Positions 27,128-34,713 of a DNA stretch of 34,713 nt are shown here, piece by piece. Position numbers and translations under genes: made by a program. How positions within the stretch are numbered: position 1 is the stretch's first letter; every line of letters begins with the position of its first letter. The notes beneath the pieces were generated by a model. It searched no databases, was not told the DNA's origin, and saw only the letters and a program-made list of their open reading frames with translations. This stretch comes from an uncultured Anaplasmataceae bacterium (GTDB lineage: Bacteria > Pseudomonadota > Alphaproteobacteria > Rickettsiales > CAIPFW01): NCBI GenBank assembly GCA_903864455.1, contig CAIPFW010000233.1:1-34713 (forward strand), in the 5' to 3' direction.

Positions 27128-27445
27128 ATGAGCGACCAAAATCAAAACGAAAATCAAAATCAAAATCAAAGTAAAAACGTAGATGGTGGATTTGATTTAA
27201 ATAAAATGACGAGTGATATCAAATCTCTCAAAGATGGAGCCGATTCTTTAATGTCGAAAGTTGGAGATGTGGTCAAGAATATTAAAAATTTTTCAACAAA
27301 TGGAATGAGTGGAATAATGCAAAGCATTTTCGGTAAATCTTCTGACAATTCAAAAGATAAAATTGCTTCGAATGTTGAAAATATTGCAAAAAATGCGAAT
27401 GAAGAGAGTAACGCAGAATCTACAAATAAAGATCACATTGTGTAA
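27128..27445 (+). CDS. hypothetical low-complexity protein (105 aa)
   Basis: ORF fills the gap between the NDUFA9-like gene and obgE. ATG 27128 in a TTTTTATG context; QN repeat followed by an amphipathic-looking middle. No family recognised. Confidence 0.65.
   Translation: MSDQNQNENQNQNQSKNVDGGFDLNKMTSDIKSLKDGADSLMSKVGDVVKNIKNFSTNGMSGIMQSIFGKSSDNSKDKIASNVENIAKNANEESNAESTNKDHIV
27137..27170 (+). repeat. hexamer tandem repeat (CAAAAT)n, about 5.7 copies, coding QN
   Basis: caaaat caaaac gaaaat caaaat caaaat caaa. Confidence 0.8.
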
Positions 27446-27446
27446 A

Positions 27447-28526
27447 TTATTTTTCGTATCTACTTTTTGGTCGATAAGGTTTTTTTTCGATCTGCTCTTC
27501 TTTTTCTAATTTTTTTCTTTTAATCATAGAGTCCAGATAGAAGATTAAATCCTTCAAACCCTCTTTCGATGCGGTGGATATCAAAAATACTTTTTTGTTT
27601 TTTTCTTTTTCGAATCGTGTTTTAATTGTATTCAGAAAATCCTTATCATAACAAATATCAATTTTATTCAAAGCGATAACCTCATCTTTTTCACGCAATA
27701 ACTCATCGTATTCGTTCAATTCATGATGAATCATTGCGTAATCTTCAAATATTTGCTCCTCAGTTTTACCAGAAATATCAATCATGTGAAGCAACATTTC
27801 GCACTTTTCCACATGCCGTAAGAAATCCATTCCAAGCCCACGACCCTGCGATGCACCTTCGATTAATCCAGGTAAATCGGCTACAACAAAGCCGTCGCAC
27901 TTGTTTTTATCGACCTCAATCACTCCAAGATTTGGCGATAAAGTTGTGAATTGATAGTTTGCCACTTTCGCTTTGCTGTTTGTTGTTGAGCGCAAAAAGC
28001 TTGACTTTCCTGCGTTTGGCTTTCCCAACAATCCAACATTTGCAAGCAATTTCATTTTGAAGACTACCCACTTCGCACACCCTTCAAACCCAGGCATTGC
28101 CTTACGTGGCGCTTGATTGACGGAGCTTTTGAAAAAGACGTTTCCTATCCCGCCTTGCCCGCCTTTGATTAAAACATTTGTTTCGCCGTGGTAGGTAAGA
28201 GTGGCCATTAATTCACCGCTTTCGCTGTCGAAAATTTCTGTTCCAACGGGAACTCTCATTGTTATATCAGCTCCTTTTGCGCCAAACATGCAACGGCCAC
28301 GACCAGATTCGCCACCTTTTGCTCGAAAGTGTTTATGATATCTATATGCGACTAAGGTGTTGATATTGCCATCAGCTACGAGGATTATGTCCCCACCATC
28401 GCCTCCATTTCCGCCGTCTGGCCCTCCAAATTCGACGCATCTTTCCCTTCTGAATGAGCCAGACCCATGACCGCCATTTCCTGATTGTACAAAGATTTTT
28501 GCCTCATCGACAAAGCTATATCGCAT
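27447..28526 (-). CDS. obgE: GTPase ObgE/CgtA
   Basis: FVDEA, G.GG.G..SFRRE, GGPDGGNGG.GG, G.PNAGKS, Y.FTTL.PNLG, DLPGLIEGA, NKID. Confidence 0.98.
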   Translation of the reverse strand: MRYSFVDEAKIFVQSGNGGHGSGSFRRERCVEFGGPDGGNGGDGGDIILVADGNINTLVAYRYHKHFRAKGGESGRGRCMFGAKGADITMRVPVGTEIFDSESGELMATLTYHGETNVLIKGGQGGIGNVFFKSSVNQAPRKAMPGFEGCAKWVVFKMKLLANVGLLGKPNAGKSSFLRSTTNSKAKVANYQFTTLSPNLGVIEVDKNKCDGFVVADLPGLIEGASQGRGLGMDFLRHVEKCEMLLHMIDISGKTEEQIFEDYAMIHHELNEYDELLREKDEVIALNKIDICYDKDFLNTIKTRFEKEKNKKVFLISTASKEGLKDLIFYLDSMIKRKKLEKEEQIEKKPYRPKSRYEK

Positions 28527-28675
28527 TAGTGTTTTATTAATATTTTGTTAAATTTTATCATATTTTATCAATGAAATAAATAAAAATTTTATCGAATTGG
28601 CTTTTAAGAGAGTATTTTTTATTTGGAAGTTTTATCGAGCTTCTTTATGAATATTTTTTGTCTTTTAAAGCGATA

Positions 28676-28690
28676 TTAAGAAATTCTTAA
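28676..28690. promoter_or_regulatory. palindromic TTAA-N7-TTAA site (CtrA-box consensus)
   Basis: TTAA-GAAATTC-TTAA in the divergent obgE/orphan intergenic region. AT-rich background makes a chance match plausible. Confidence 0.35.
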
Positions 28691-28764
28691 ATTAAATACT
28701 TACTTTGTTTTTTATTAAGAAATATGTTATTATGAAATAATGTTATTTTTTTTTATAAAAATTT

Positions 28765-29763
28765 ATGGCGAATTTAAAAGAAAATCCAACTGATATCGCA
28801 GGGATAGTTGCTGGCATTTTAATTTTGGCGTGCATTGCATGTGTTGCTTTTTATTTATATAATAATAGGTATAGAGGTAATAAACATAAAGCTACTATAA
28901 GTCATCAAAATAGAAGTAAGGTAGATAGAAAGCAGCAACCTCCTATATTTAATAATGAAACTACTGAAAATAATCAAATTAAGCCATTATTACATGCATT
29001 CAATATGAAAAATACCGATGATACACAAGGGATATACAATAATTTGAATCTCTTTGAGGAAGAGTTAAAGATCTTGACTGATGCTTTGAATAATGTTGGT
29101 ATAAGAAAAACGAAGGAACAGTTGACTCTCGAATTTGGACACATCGCTAATAATCACAAACTTGCGATCGAAAGCGCTGTAAAAAAAATGAAATCGCATG
29201 ATCAGAGCTTTCCATATATTTATGAAACAGGTGGTGAAAATGGATGTAAATTAATGGCTTGGGTTGACGATAAGCATAACGATAATCGAAAATTAATTGG
29301 TAAAAATCTTCTGGAAACAAAAAATAATTTAATTAATGATTTGAAGAAAAGGATAGAATATGCGAAGAACTGTATTCAAGGTGTTAGAACTAATACACCG
29401 TTACCAACTCAATCACCTCAGGAGTATAAGTTTTCTTTAGACGGAAAAGGAGATGACAAGAAGATAATTTGTAAAGACAAGGGTGATAAAGGCAAAATCT
29501 TAGCAAGTGCGCTTCAAACTTCCATTGTTTCTAAATTTCATGACCGATACTGCAAAGATATCAATTATGCAAGTGGTAGAGTTACCGAAGATAAAAGTTC
29601 GAATAGTTTGTGTGTGGAATTTTTCAACGATCAAGGAAAGCATTTTCACAGCATTGAAGTATCTCATGGTCAACTTCTTAAAGTGATAAAAGAGTGCGAG
29701 AATGAGAAGAAGAGTTTTGCTGTTGAATCTCAGGTGAAGCAACCCAAGAAGAATAGATTGTAA
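28765..29763 (+). CDS. hypothetical protein with single N-terminal membrane anchor
   Basis: 332 aa ORF, TM IAGIVAGILILACIACVAFYLY followed by basic residues, hydrophilic remainder, basic C-terminus. Confidence 0.8.
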   Translation: MANLKENPTDIAGIVAGILILACIACVAFYLYNNRYRGNKHKATISHQNRSKVDRKQQPPIFNNETTENNQIKPLLHAFNMKNTDDTQGIYNNLNLFEEELKILTDALNNVGIRKTKEQLTLEFGHIANNHKLAIESAVKKMKSHDQSFPYIYETGGENGCKLMAWVDDKHNDNRKLIGKNLLETKNNLINDLKKRIEYAKNCIQGVRTNTPLPTQSPQEYKFSLDGKGDDKKIICKDKGDKGKILASALQTSIVSKFHDRYCKDINYASGRVTEDKSSNSLCVEFFNDQGKHFHSIEVSHGQLLKVIKECENEKKSFAVESQVKQPKKNRL

Positions 29764-29824
29764 TTATGATTCAATAATTAGATTTTTAATTCTTAAAAGA
29801 AATGCAAAGATTTTAAAACCTTTA

Positions 29825-29852
29825 TTGCTAAAGAATATTTTTTTGCTACAAT
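29825..29852 (+). promoter_or_regulatory. candidate promoter of gatC-folE
   Basis: TTGCTA (29825-29830), 16 nt spacer, extended -10 TG-C-TACAAT (29844-29852), 20 nt before the gatC ATG. Confidence 0.4.
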
Positions 29853-29872
29853 AAAAGAAAAATAGTAAAAAT

Positions 29873-30193
29873 ATGAACGATATAGTTTTAAAGTATGCAA
29901 AATTAGCAAAATTAGCGCCACTTGAATGCGATGGCGATGATAATGAAAAATATACATCATTTTTTAAAAAAAGTGATTTTGATGCAGTTTTGAAAATGAT
30001 ACAATCGGTGCAAAATATTGATACTGATAATATACCTCACACTTTTTCTTTTTTTGAAGATGAAAAAAATGATATCGAAGTGTTTAGAGATGATGAAGTG
30101 GTGATGACAAACACTCGTGATGATTTGCTCTCAAATGGTCAATCAAAGATGGGGTATTATGTTGTGCCAAAAGTGATTGAAGATATAGCTTGA
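29873..30193 (+). CDS. gatC: Asp-tRNA(Asn)/Glu-tRNA(Gln) amidotransferase subunit C
   Basis: AKLAKL, IDTDNI, FRDDEV, LLSN, GYYVVPKVIE. Confidence 0.92.
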   Translation: MNDIVLKYAKLAKLAPLECDGDDNEKYTSFFKKSDFDAVLKMIQSVQNIDTDNIPHTFSFFEDEKNDIEVFRDDEVVMTNTRDDLLSNGQSKMGYYVVPKVIEDIA

Positions 30194-30720
30194 TGGAAGA
30201 AGGATTTCGTTTTGTTAAAAATTATCGAGAAATTCTATCAAATTTTCAAGATTACTTGACGAACGAAGAGATTGAAAAAGCTATAAAAAAATCTTCTGAC
30301 GGATTTGAATATTTGGTGAGTGGATACAATACAAACCTTGATGCTTTATCTCAAGATGCATCTTATGATTTTTACTCTGAAGTTGAAGATTCTCAACGCA
30401 ATCAAGAAATTTCCATTCAAAGTATCAAATTTATATCTTTATGCAAACACCATTTATTGCCGTTTTTTGGTTCATGCGATATTATTTATTGCCCGAATAA
30501 AAAAATTATCGGCTTTTCTCGAGTAGTGAAAATAATTCAAGCTTTATCACTTAGAATGCAATTGCAAGAAAATTTAACAAAAGAAATTGCAGATATTTTA
30601 ATAAAAATTCTTGAACCGAAATCACTTACTGTGAAAATTCATGCAATTCATACATGTATGATGATTGATATGAGCGGTAACAATGGCAATGAAATTACCA
30701 CTGTTGAAAATTATCAATAA
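30193..30720 (+). CDS. folE: GTP cyclohydrolase I (FolE)-like T-fold protein, degenerate and C-terminally short
   Basis: SLCKHHLLPFFG, Y.P..KIIGFSR, RMQLQE.LT.EIA, HTCM. ATG overlaps the gatC stop (TGATG). Confidence 0.85.
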   Translation: MEEGFRFVKNYREILSNFQDYLTNEEIEKAIKKSSDGFEYLVSGYNTNLDALSQDASYDFYSEVEDSQRNQEISIQSIKFISLCKHHLLPFFGSCDIIYCPNKKIIGFSRVVKIIQALSLRMQLQENLTKEIADILIKILEPKSLTVKIHAIHTCMMIDMSGNNGNEITTVENYQ

Positions 30721-30884
30721 ACCCATTGCATTTCTCATAAAACTTTAAAATTCCGTATTTTTATCGATTTTTGGACGATAAAAACTTCAAACTCACTTCG
30801 ATTTCCTTCTGTAAAGCGATTTAAACGCGTTTTATTTTCGCATGGTTGATGAATTTTAAGCGCAAAACAAACGCAATGGGTTTA
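30718..30884. mobile_element. MITE-like non-autonomous element with terminal inverted repeats and flanking TA
   Basis: TAAACCCATTGCATTT (30718-30733) versus AAACGCAATGGGTTTA (30869-30884), 15 of 16 complementary. Second IR block TTAAAATTC (30745-30753) / GAATTTTAA (30851-30859). Internal hairpin TTTTTATCG-9-CGATAAAAA (30758-30784). No transposase. Confidence 0.65.
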
Positions 30885-30959
30885 ATAAATTAATCGCATA
30901 TTTTTCAATCTAAAAAATATCGCGCGAGTTAGAAAAAGAAAATATTAATACGAAGAAAT

Positions 30960-31553
30960 TTATCTTGTTTCAATTAATTTAATCGATTTCCATGAATAAA
31001 GCATAAATGAATCGTTTGAAAGCTCGAGTATATCGCTTTCAAAACGAACTGAGACATCGAATTCGAAATCTACAAATAATTTTGATATATCGAATTTTAT
31101 TCCAGATATTTCTATGATTCCATTTTTATAATTGACTCTATAATCACTTCCTTCATTAAGTTTAATATCGCCATTTTTTATAATGAGATTTTTTGGTTTT
31201 GTAATTTTTCGATTATAAAAATATTCACCGTTCCCAATTGAATATTTTTTCACTAATTGGCATGTCGAATTATCAAGCTTCATTAATTTTTGATTTTTCC
31301 CTTCAAAATCAAGCCAATCTTTGAACAGAAAAGAATGAGCTCTACCATGCACGATGTTAAAAAAAGTTAACAATTGATTAGCTTTTTCTCGATTTAAAGC
31401 GTCGTATCCTATCGAATATGAGTATCTAGGTGATTCCCAGTTGATATTTCGATGCTCTGAGCCATTTTGTAAGATTGTAACATTCGTTGAGAATTCTGGC
31501 CCACCTATTGCACCATAAGATATTTCTTCGGGGAGGCGTATATTTAAAAACAT
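30960..31553 (-). CDS. DUF2460 / TIGR02217 family protein (GTA/phage distal tail protein type)
   Basis: IRLP..ISYG..GGPEFST.V....NG.EHRN..W..PR..Y, FF....GR.HSF.FKDW.D, QLVK.Y, R.ITKP, FEFDV.VRF..D.L, I.LIE.R. Confidence 0.9.
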   Translation of the reverse strand: MFLNIRLPEEISYGAIGGPEFSTNVTILQNGSEHRNINWESPRYSYSIGYDALNREKANQLLTFFNIVHGRAHSFLFKDWLDFEGKNQKLMKLDNSTCQLVKKYSIGNGEYFYNRKITKPKNLIIKNGDIKLNEGSDYRVNYKNGIIEISGIKFDISKLFVDFEFDVSVRFESDILELSNDSFMLYSWKSIKLIETR

Positions 31554-31708
31554 GAGGATAAAAACTAGTCTTAATTTAATTATGGAGATTTTTGCTTAAG
31601 GGCGGGAGCTATAGTTATTTCATTTTTATTAAATGTTAATTATTTTGTTGGTAAATTTATCATTTATATTGTACGATATATAATATAAATAATAGTTTCT
31701 TATAAAAA

Positions 31709-33208
31709 ATGATATTTAGAGATATGACGAATGAAGATAAGTCAAAGCTTTGGTTTGCAGTGATCGCTTTTGTGGTCTTTATAATTGTAGGCACTCTTAT
31801 AGAATTTTTAGTATATAATAAGAAGGTTGTAGCGAAGTTTATGGCGAACAATAAAGAGTTAATTTATTCATTGATCGGAATAGTAATCCTAATTCCAGCT
31901 ATTTTAATAGTGAATGTAATTATATTTTTATATGCAGAAGAGAAAAGCAACAAAAATAACGACGCACTAGATGATCTTCGCTCAGAAAAAGATCGTTTTC
32001 AGATAACAAGAAATGAGCTATATGAAAAGATTCTATTGTATGAACATGAAAAAATGTTCGCTAAAGTAAAAATTTCTTGCATAAAGGGAGATAAAGGGAT
32101 GGAATTTATTCCGATCATTAAATTTCCCTGTGCGGATGCAGAGAGTAGTCTGAGTGAAGCCATCGATTCTTTTGAGCAAAGAGTTGATGATAAAAGCATT
32201 TTTTCTGTTTGCGATATGCATGATGTTAATGAAAAATTAAAAAAAAAGATAGTAGTCATTACGGATATAAACTCTCTAAGAGAGAGGTTAAAAATAGAAA
32301 TAGACGACTCTTTGATTCAGAAGGAACTGCAAGAACGCAGGAAATTCAAATACGATCTTGAAAAATATAATGATGATCGAGACAAGCTTGTTAATATCGT
32401 CGCAGAACATAATATTCTTGTTAATGATTACAATGAAAAAAAAAAGCTACATAAAGAAAAATTAAAAGGTATAGAATCGATAGAAGATCCGAAAGAAAAG
32501 AATGAAGAAATAAAAGAGTGGAATTCGATGAATCTATTAATAATGCAGGAGGGAGAAGGCTTACAAAAGAAATCTGGAGAGCTAGAGAAAGAAAGCAATG
32601 TGATTAAAAATAGGGGGCTCGAGATTGAAGGAATGCAAAATGAAAGAAGGAGTGTTTTTAAAGATGGGTTTGCAGATGAGTTTCGAAAAGAATTTCAAGA
32701 ACTAGAAGGTTTTAAAAAAGAAACAACTAAGTGTGATGAGCAAATAACTGAGCGTGATGAACAAATAACTGAGCTTAATAAACGAATAACTAAGTTTAAT
32801 AAACTAATAAATGGACAACAAGTAGAGGCATTTTATAGAAATGCATTAAGAATTTCTTTGAAGCAAATGAACGATATAAAAAGTAAAAGAAATTCAGTCG
32901 CTGAGAAACATAATAAAGCATTAGAGGATTTAAAAAATAAGGAAAAAAAACAGGAAGAGATATTTAACTCACCTGAAACAACATTTGCAAAAAAAAAAGC
33001 GTCGCTTATAGCATCAAAATTTATTTCAAATGTTTTTGATTTAGCGATACAAAATCTTAAAGAAAGACGTGATTTTATAGATACCCGTATCGGATGGAAT
33101 GATCGCGATATAGAGAAGAAGTTGATAGGATGCCAACCTTCGTTTTTTAATCCAATTAATAATTTTAAAATATTGAATCATAAAGAAGGTGGCGATAAAA
33201 AAATTTAG
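31709..33208 (+). CDS. hypothetical protein, two N-terminal TM helices plus long coiled coil
   Basis: 499 aa, hydrophobic segments LWFAVIAFVVFIIVGTLIEFLVY and LIYSLIGIVILIPAILIVNVIIFLYA, then E/K-rich heptads. Confidence 0.82.
   Translation: MIFRDMTNEDKSKLWFAVIAFVVFIIVGTLIEFLVYNKKVVAKFMANNKELIYSLIGIVILIPAILIVNVIIFLYAEEKSNKNNDALDDLRSEKDRFQITRNELYEKILLYEHEKMFAKVKISCIKGDKGMEFIPIIKFPCADAESSLSEAIDSFEQRVDDKSIFSVCDMHDVNEKLKKKIVVITDINSLRERLKIEIDDSLIQKELQERRKFKYDLEKYNDDRDKLVNIVAEHNILVNDYNEKKKLHKEKLKGIESIEDPKEKNEEIKEWNSMNLLIMQEGEGLQKKSGELEKESNVIKNRGLEIEGMQNERRSVFKDGFADEFRKEFQELEGFKKETTKCDEQITERDEQITELNKRITKFNKLINGQQVEAFYRNALRISLKQMNDIKSKRNSVAEKHNKALEDLKNKEKKQEEIFNSPETTFAKKKASLIASKFISNVFDLAIQNLKERRDFIDTRIGWNDRDIEKKLIGCQPSFFNPINNFKILNHKEGGDKKI
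32729..32812 (+). repeat. 21 bp degenerate tandem repeat x4, coding heptads
   Basis: AAGTGTGATGAGCAAATAACT / GAGCGTGATGAACAAATAACT / GAGCTTAATAAACGAATAACT / AAGTTTAATAAACTAATAAAT = KCDEQIT ERDEQIT ELNKRIT KFNKLIN. Confidence 0.85.
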
Positions 33209-33264
33209 ACTAAATTAATTGTACTGTTTTTAATATAAAAAAATTTCCTCAAAAATTCAACATT

Positions 33265-34557
33265 CTATCCAAATTTCACATTTGACGACCACATCGGATC
33301 CGTCGCATCTCCGGGAGTTTTAACAATTTTATGATGGCGACCGGTTATGTCAACCATATATAATCGAGATTTTTTACTTCCTTTTGATGTTGAGCTAAAA
33401 ATAAGCAATTTACCATTTGGAGACCAAGAGGGCGCTTCTATCATATGCCCAGAAGCTAAAATCTTCTCCTCATCGCCATTTGGCCTCATAATTCCAATAT
33501 AAAACACTCCGTTCAAAATTTTTATAAAAGATATATAGTCACCATTCGGCGACCACACAGGATTGAGGTATCGCCCTTGTCCAAAGCTCACTCGTTTCTG
33601 GTCTGAGCCATCATTTCTCATCACATACAGTTGCGGTGAGCGAGAGCGGTCAGAATTAAAAATAATAAACTGATTGTCGGGTGAATAGGACGGAGATGTG
33701 TTGATGAATTCATTATTCGTCAGTTGTTTTTTTGCATAGCTGTTGATATCAAATTTAAAAATATTCGTTGCACCGTTTTTTGACATGGCAAGCAATGCGA
33801 TATTAATATCAAATCCAAATCGTGGAGCTGATGTCATGCCATCAAAATCACCAAGTGGTTGATGACTATTCATTATTCTGTCGTAAAGATAAACTTTCGG
33901 CGTTTTGTCAGCATAGGACATATAAAGAATTTTTTTGCTATCGGATGAGATTCTCGGGCTCAATATCATATATTTCTCGGATGTGATGTATGAATGGTTT
34001 TCACCATCGTAGTCCATCGTTGCTAATCTTTTAATTTTTTTATCAAATGGGCCGTATTCCGAAACATACAAAATTCTTGTATTAAAATACCCCGGATCAT
34101 TTGTTGCGCCTTCATAAATATCATCAGCAACGATGTGTCCGAGTTGACGCCATTTTGATTGATCGATTTCAATAATTTTCCCAGAGATTTGTTTTTTGTT
34201 GAATGCATTCCAGATTCTATATTTCAATTGAATATTCTTGCCATGTCGTTCGATTTTTCCAATGAGAATAAAATTTATATCTTTCTTTATCCAAGATGCG
34301 AATGAAGGAAAGCTATCTAAAGTCAAATTATCATAATTTTCATGATGAACTTTGAAAAGACTTGAATTATTAAGGTCATCTCGAATCACTGATTCAATAT
34401 TCATATTCTCAGCGTTTAAGCTCTGGTCGTTTATTCCCAGAACAGCGACGTTTATCGGTTGAACATTCCCACTGTCTATGTCTACGGACAAAACGGCGTA
34501 TGAGTTCGTGCCAACAAAACATACAAAGAGGAAAAATAGAAGATTTTTTTTATTCAT
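33265..34557 (-). CDS. tolB: Tol-Pal system beta-propeller protein TolB
   Basis: Signal peptide, H.VAD.IYE..T...GYF.TRI.YV.E.G, RLA.MD.DGEN, PD40 repeats (SPSYSPD, PVWSPNG, PSWSPNG), TPGDATDP.WS. Confidence 0.96.
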   Translation of the reverse strand: MNKKNLLFFLFVCFVGTNSYAVLSVDIDSGNVQPINVAVLGINDQSLNAENMNIESVIRDDLNNSSLFKVHHENYDNLTLDSFPSFASWIKKDINFILIGKIERHGKNIQLKYRIWNAFNKKQISGKIIEIDQSKWRQLGHIVADDIYEGATNDPGYFNTRILYVSEYGPFDKKIKRLATMDYDGENHSYITSEKYMILSPRISSDSKKILYMSYADKTPKVYLYDRIMNSHQPLGDFDGMTSAPRFGFDINIALLAMSKNGATNIFKFDINSYAKKQLTNNEFINTSPSYSPDNQFIIFNSDRSRSPQLYVMRNDGSDQKRVSFGQGRYLNPVWSPNGDYISFIKILNGVFYIGIMRPNGDEEKILASGHMIEAPSWSPNGKLLIFSSTSKGSKKSRLYMVDITGRHHKIVKTPGDATDPMWSSNVKFG

Positions 34558-34713
34558 AATATTGATTTAAAGGTATTAAAATATTTTTTGCGTAATGAAT
34601 TTCTATTATAAGCTTTTTTTTATTGTTTGTGAGAATGAAAACTGTGACTTTGTATTATTTTTTTTAAGAGTGGTTTACGGAAGTAGTTTTTTATTTTGTT
34701 AAAAAACATCTTG

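Noticed and set aside
30700..30900. MITE insertion as the cause of folE truncation
   Set aside because: Removing the element and one TA still leaves CAA TAA, and no FolE C-terminus is evident beyond it.
31625..31639. CtrA box upstream of the DUF2460 gene (TTTA-N7-TTAA)
   Set aside because: One mismatch in very AT-rich DNA; not distinguishable from chance.
32729..32812. Repeat as CRISPR array
   Set aside because: No spacers, in-frame coding units, and no cas genes.
1..34713. Alternative genetic code
   Set aside because: TGA ends rpsH, rplP and gatC at expected positions, conserved Trp uses TGG, and genes translate intact with code 11.

Overview
AT-rich (roughly 30% GC by eye) bacterial chromosome segment, standard code 11. 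It is most consistent with a divergent host-associated alphaproteobacterium of Rickettsiales type. This is an inference from the tRNA-Tyr/tRNA-Gly/tuf/rpsJ order, secY-adk-rpsM linkage, CckA, an NDUFA9-family gene and an isolated GTA-type tail gene. The core is a 15 kb tRNA-Tyr, tRNA-Gly, tuf, S10, spc, alpha superoperon (5132-20252) preceded by three tandem TTGACA-17-TAnnnT promoters. Its ribosomal proteins are heavily remodelled: no rpmD in place, truncated L24 and L18, expanded L4 and L5, barely recognisable L29, and rplO split by an A11 frameshift. Left flank: degenerate PgpA-like gene, M16 peptidase pair, MoeB-rhodanese fusion. Right flank: enlarged prs, cckA, short lysC, extended rpmE, ndk, NDUFA9-like, obgE, gatC coupled to a degenerate folE, a 167 bp MITE-like element, a lone DUF2460 GTA/phage tail gene, two membrane-anchored orphans and tolB. 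No CRISPR, rRNA or transposase was seen. No complete novel multi-gene system is demonstrable. The best leads are the rplO slippage site, the MITE, the altered FolE, PgpA and Prs enzymes, the GGT-type ribosome-binding motif and a possible dispersed GTA. All family calls come from motif recognition, not database searches.
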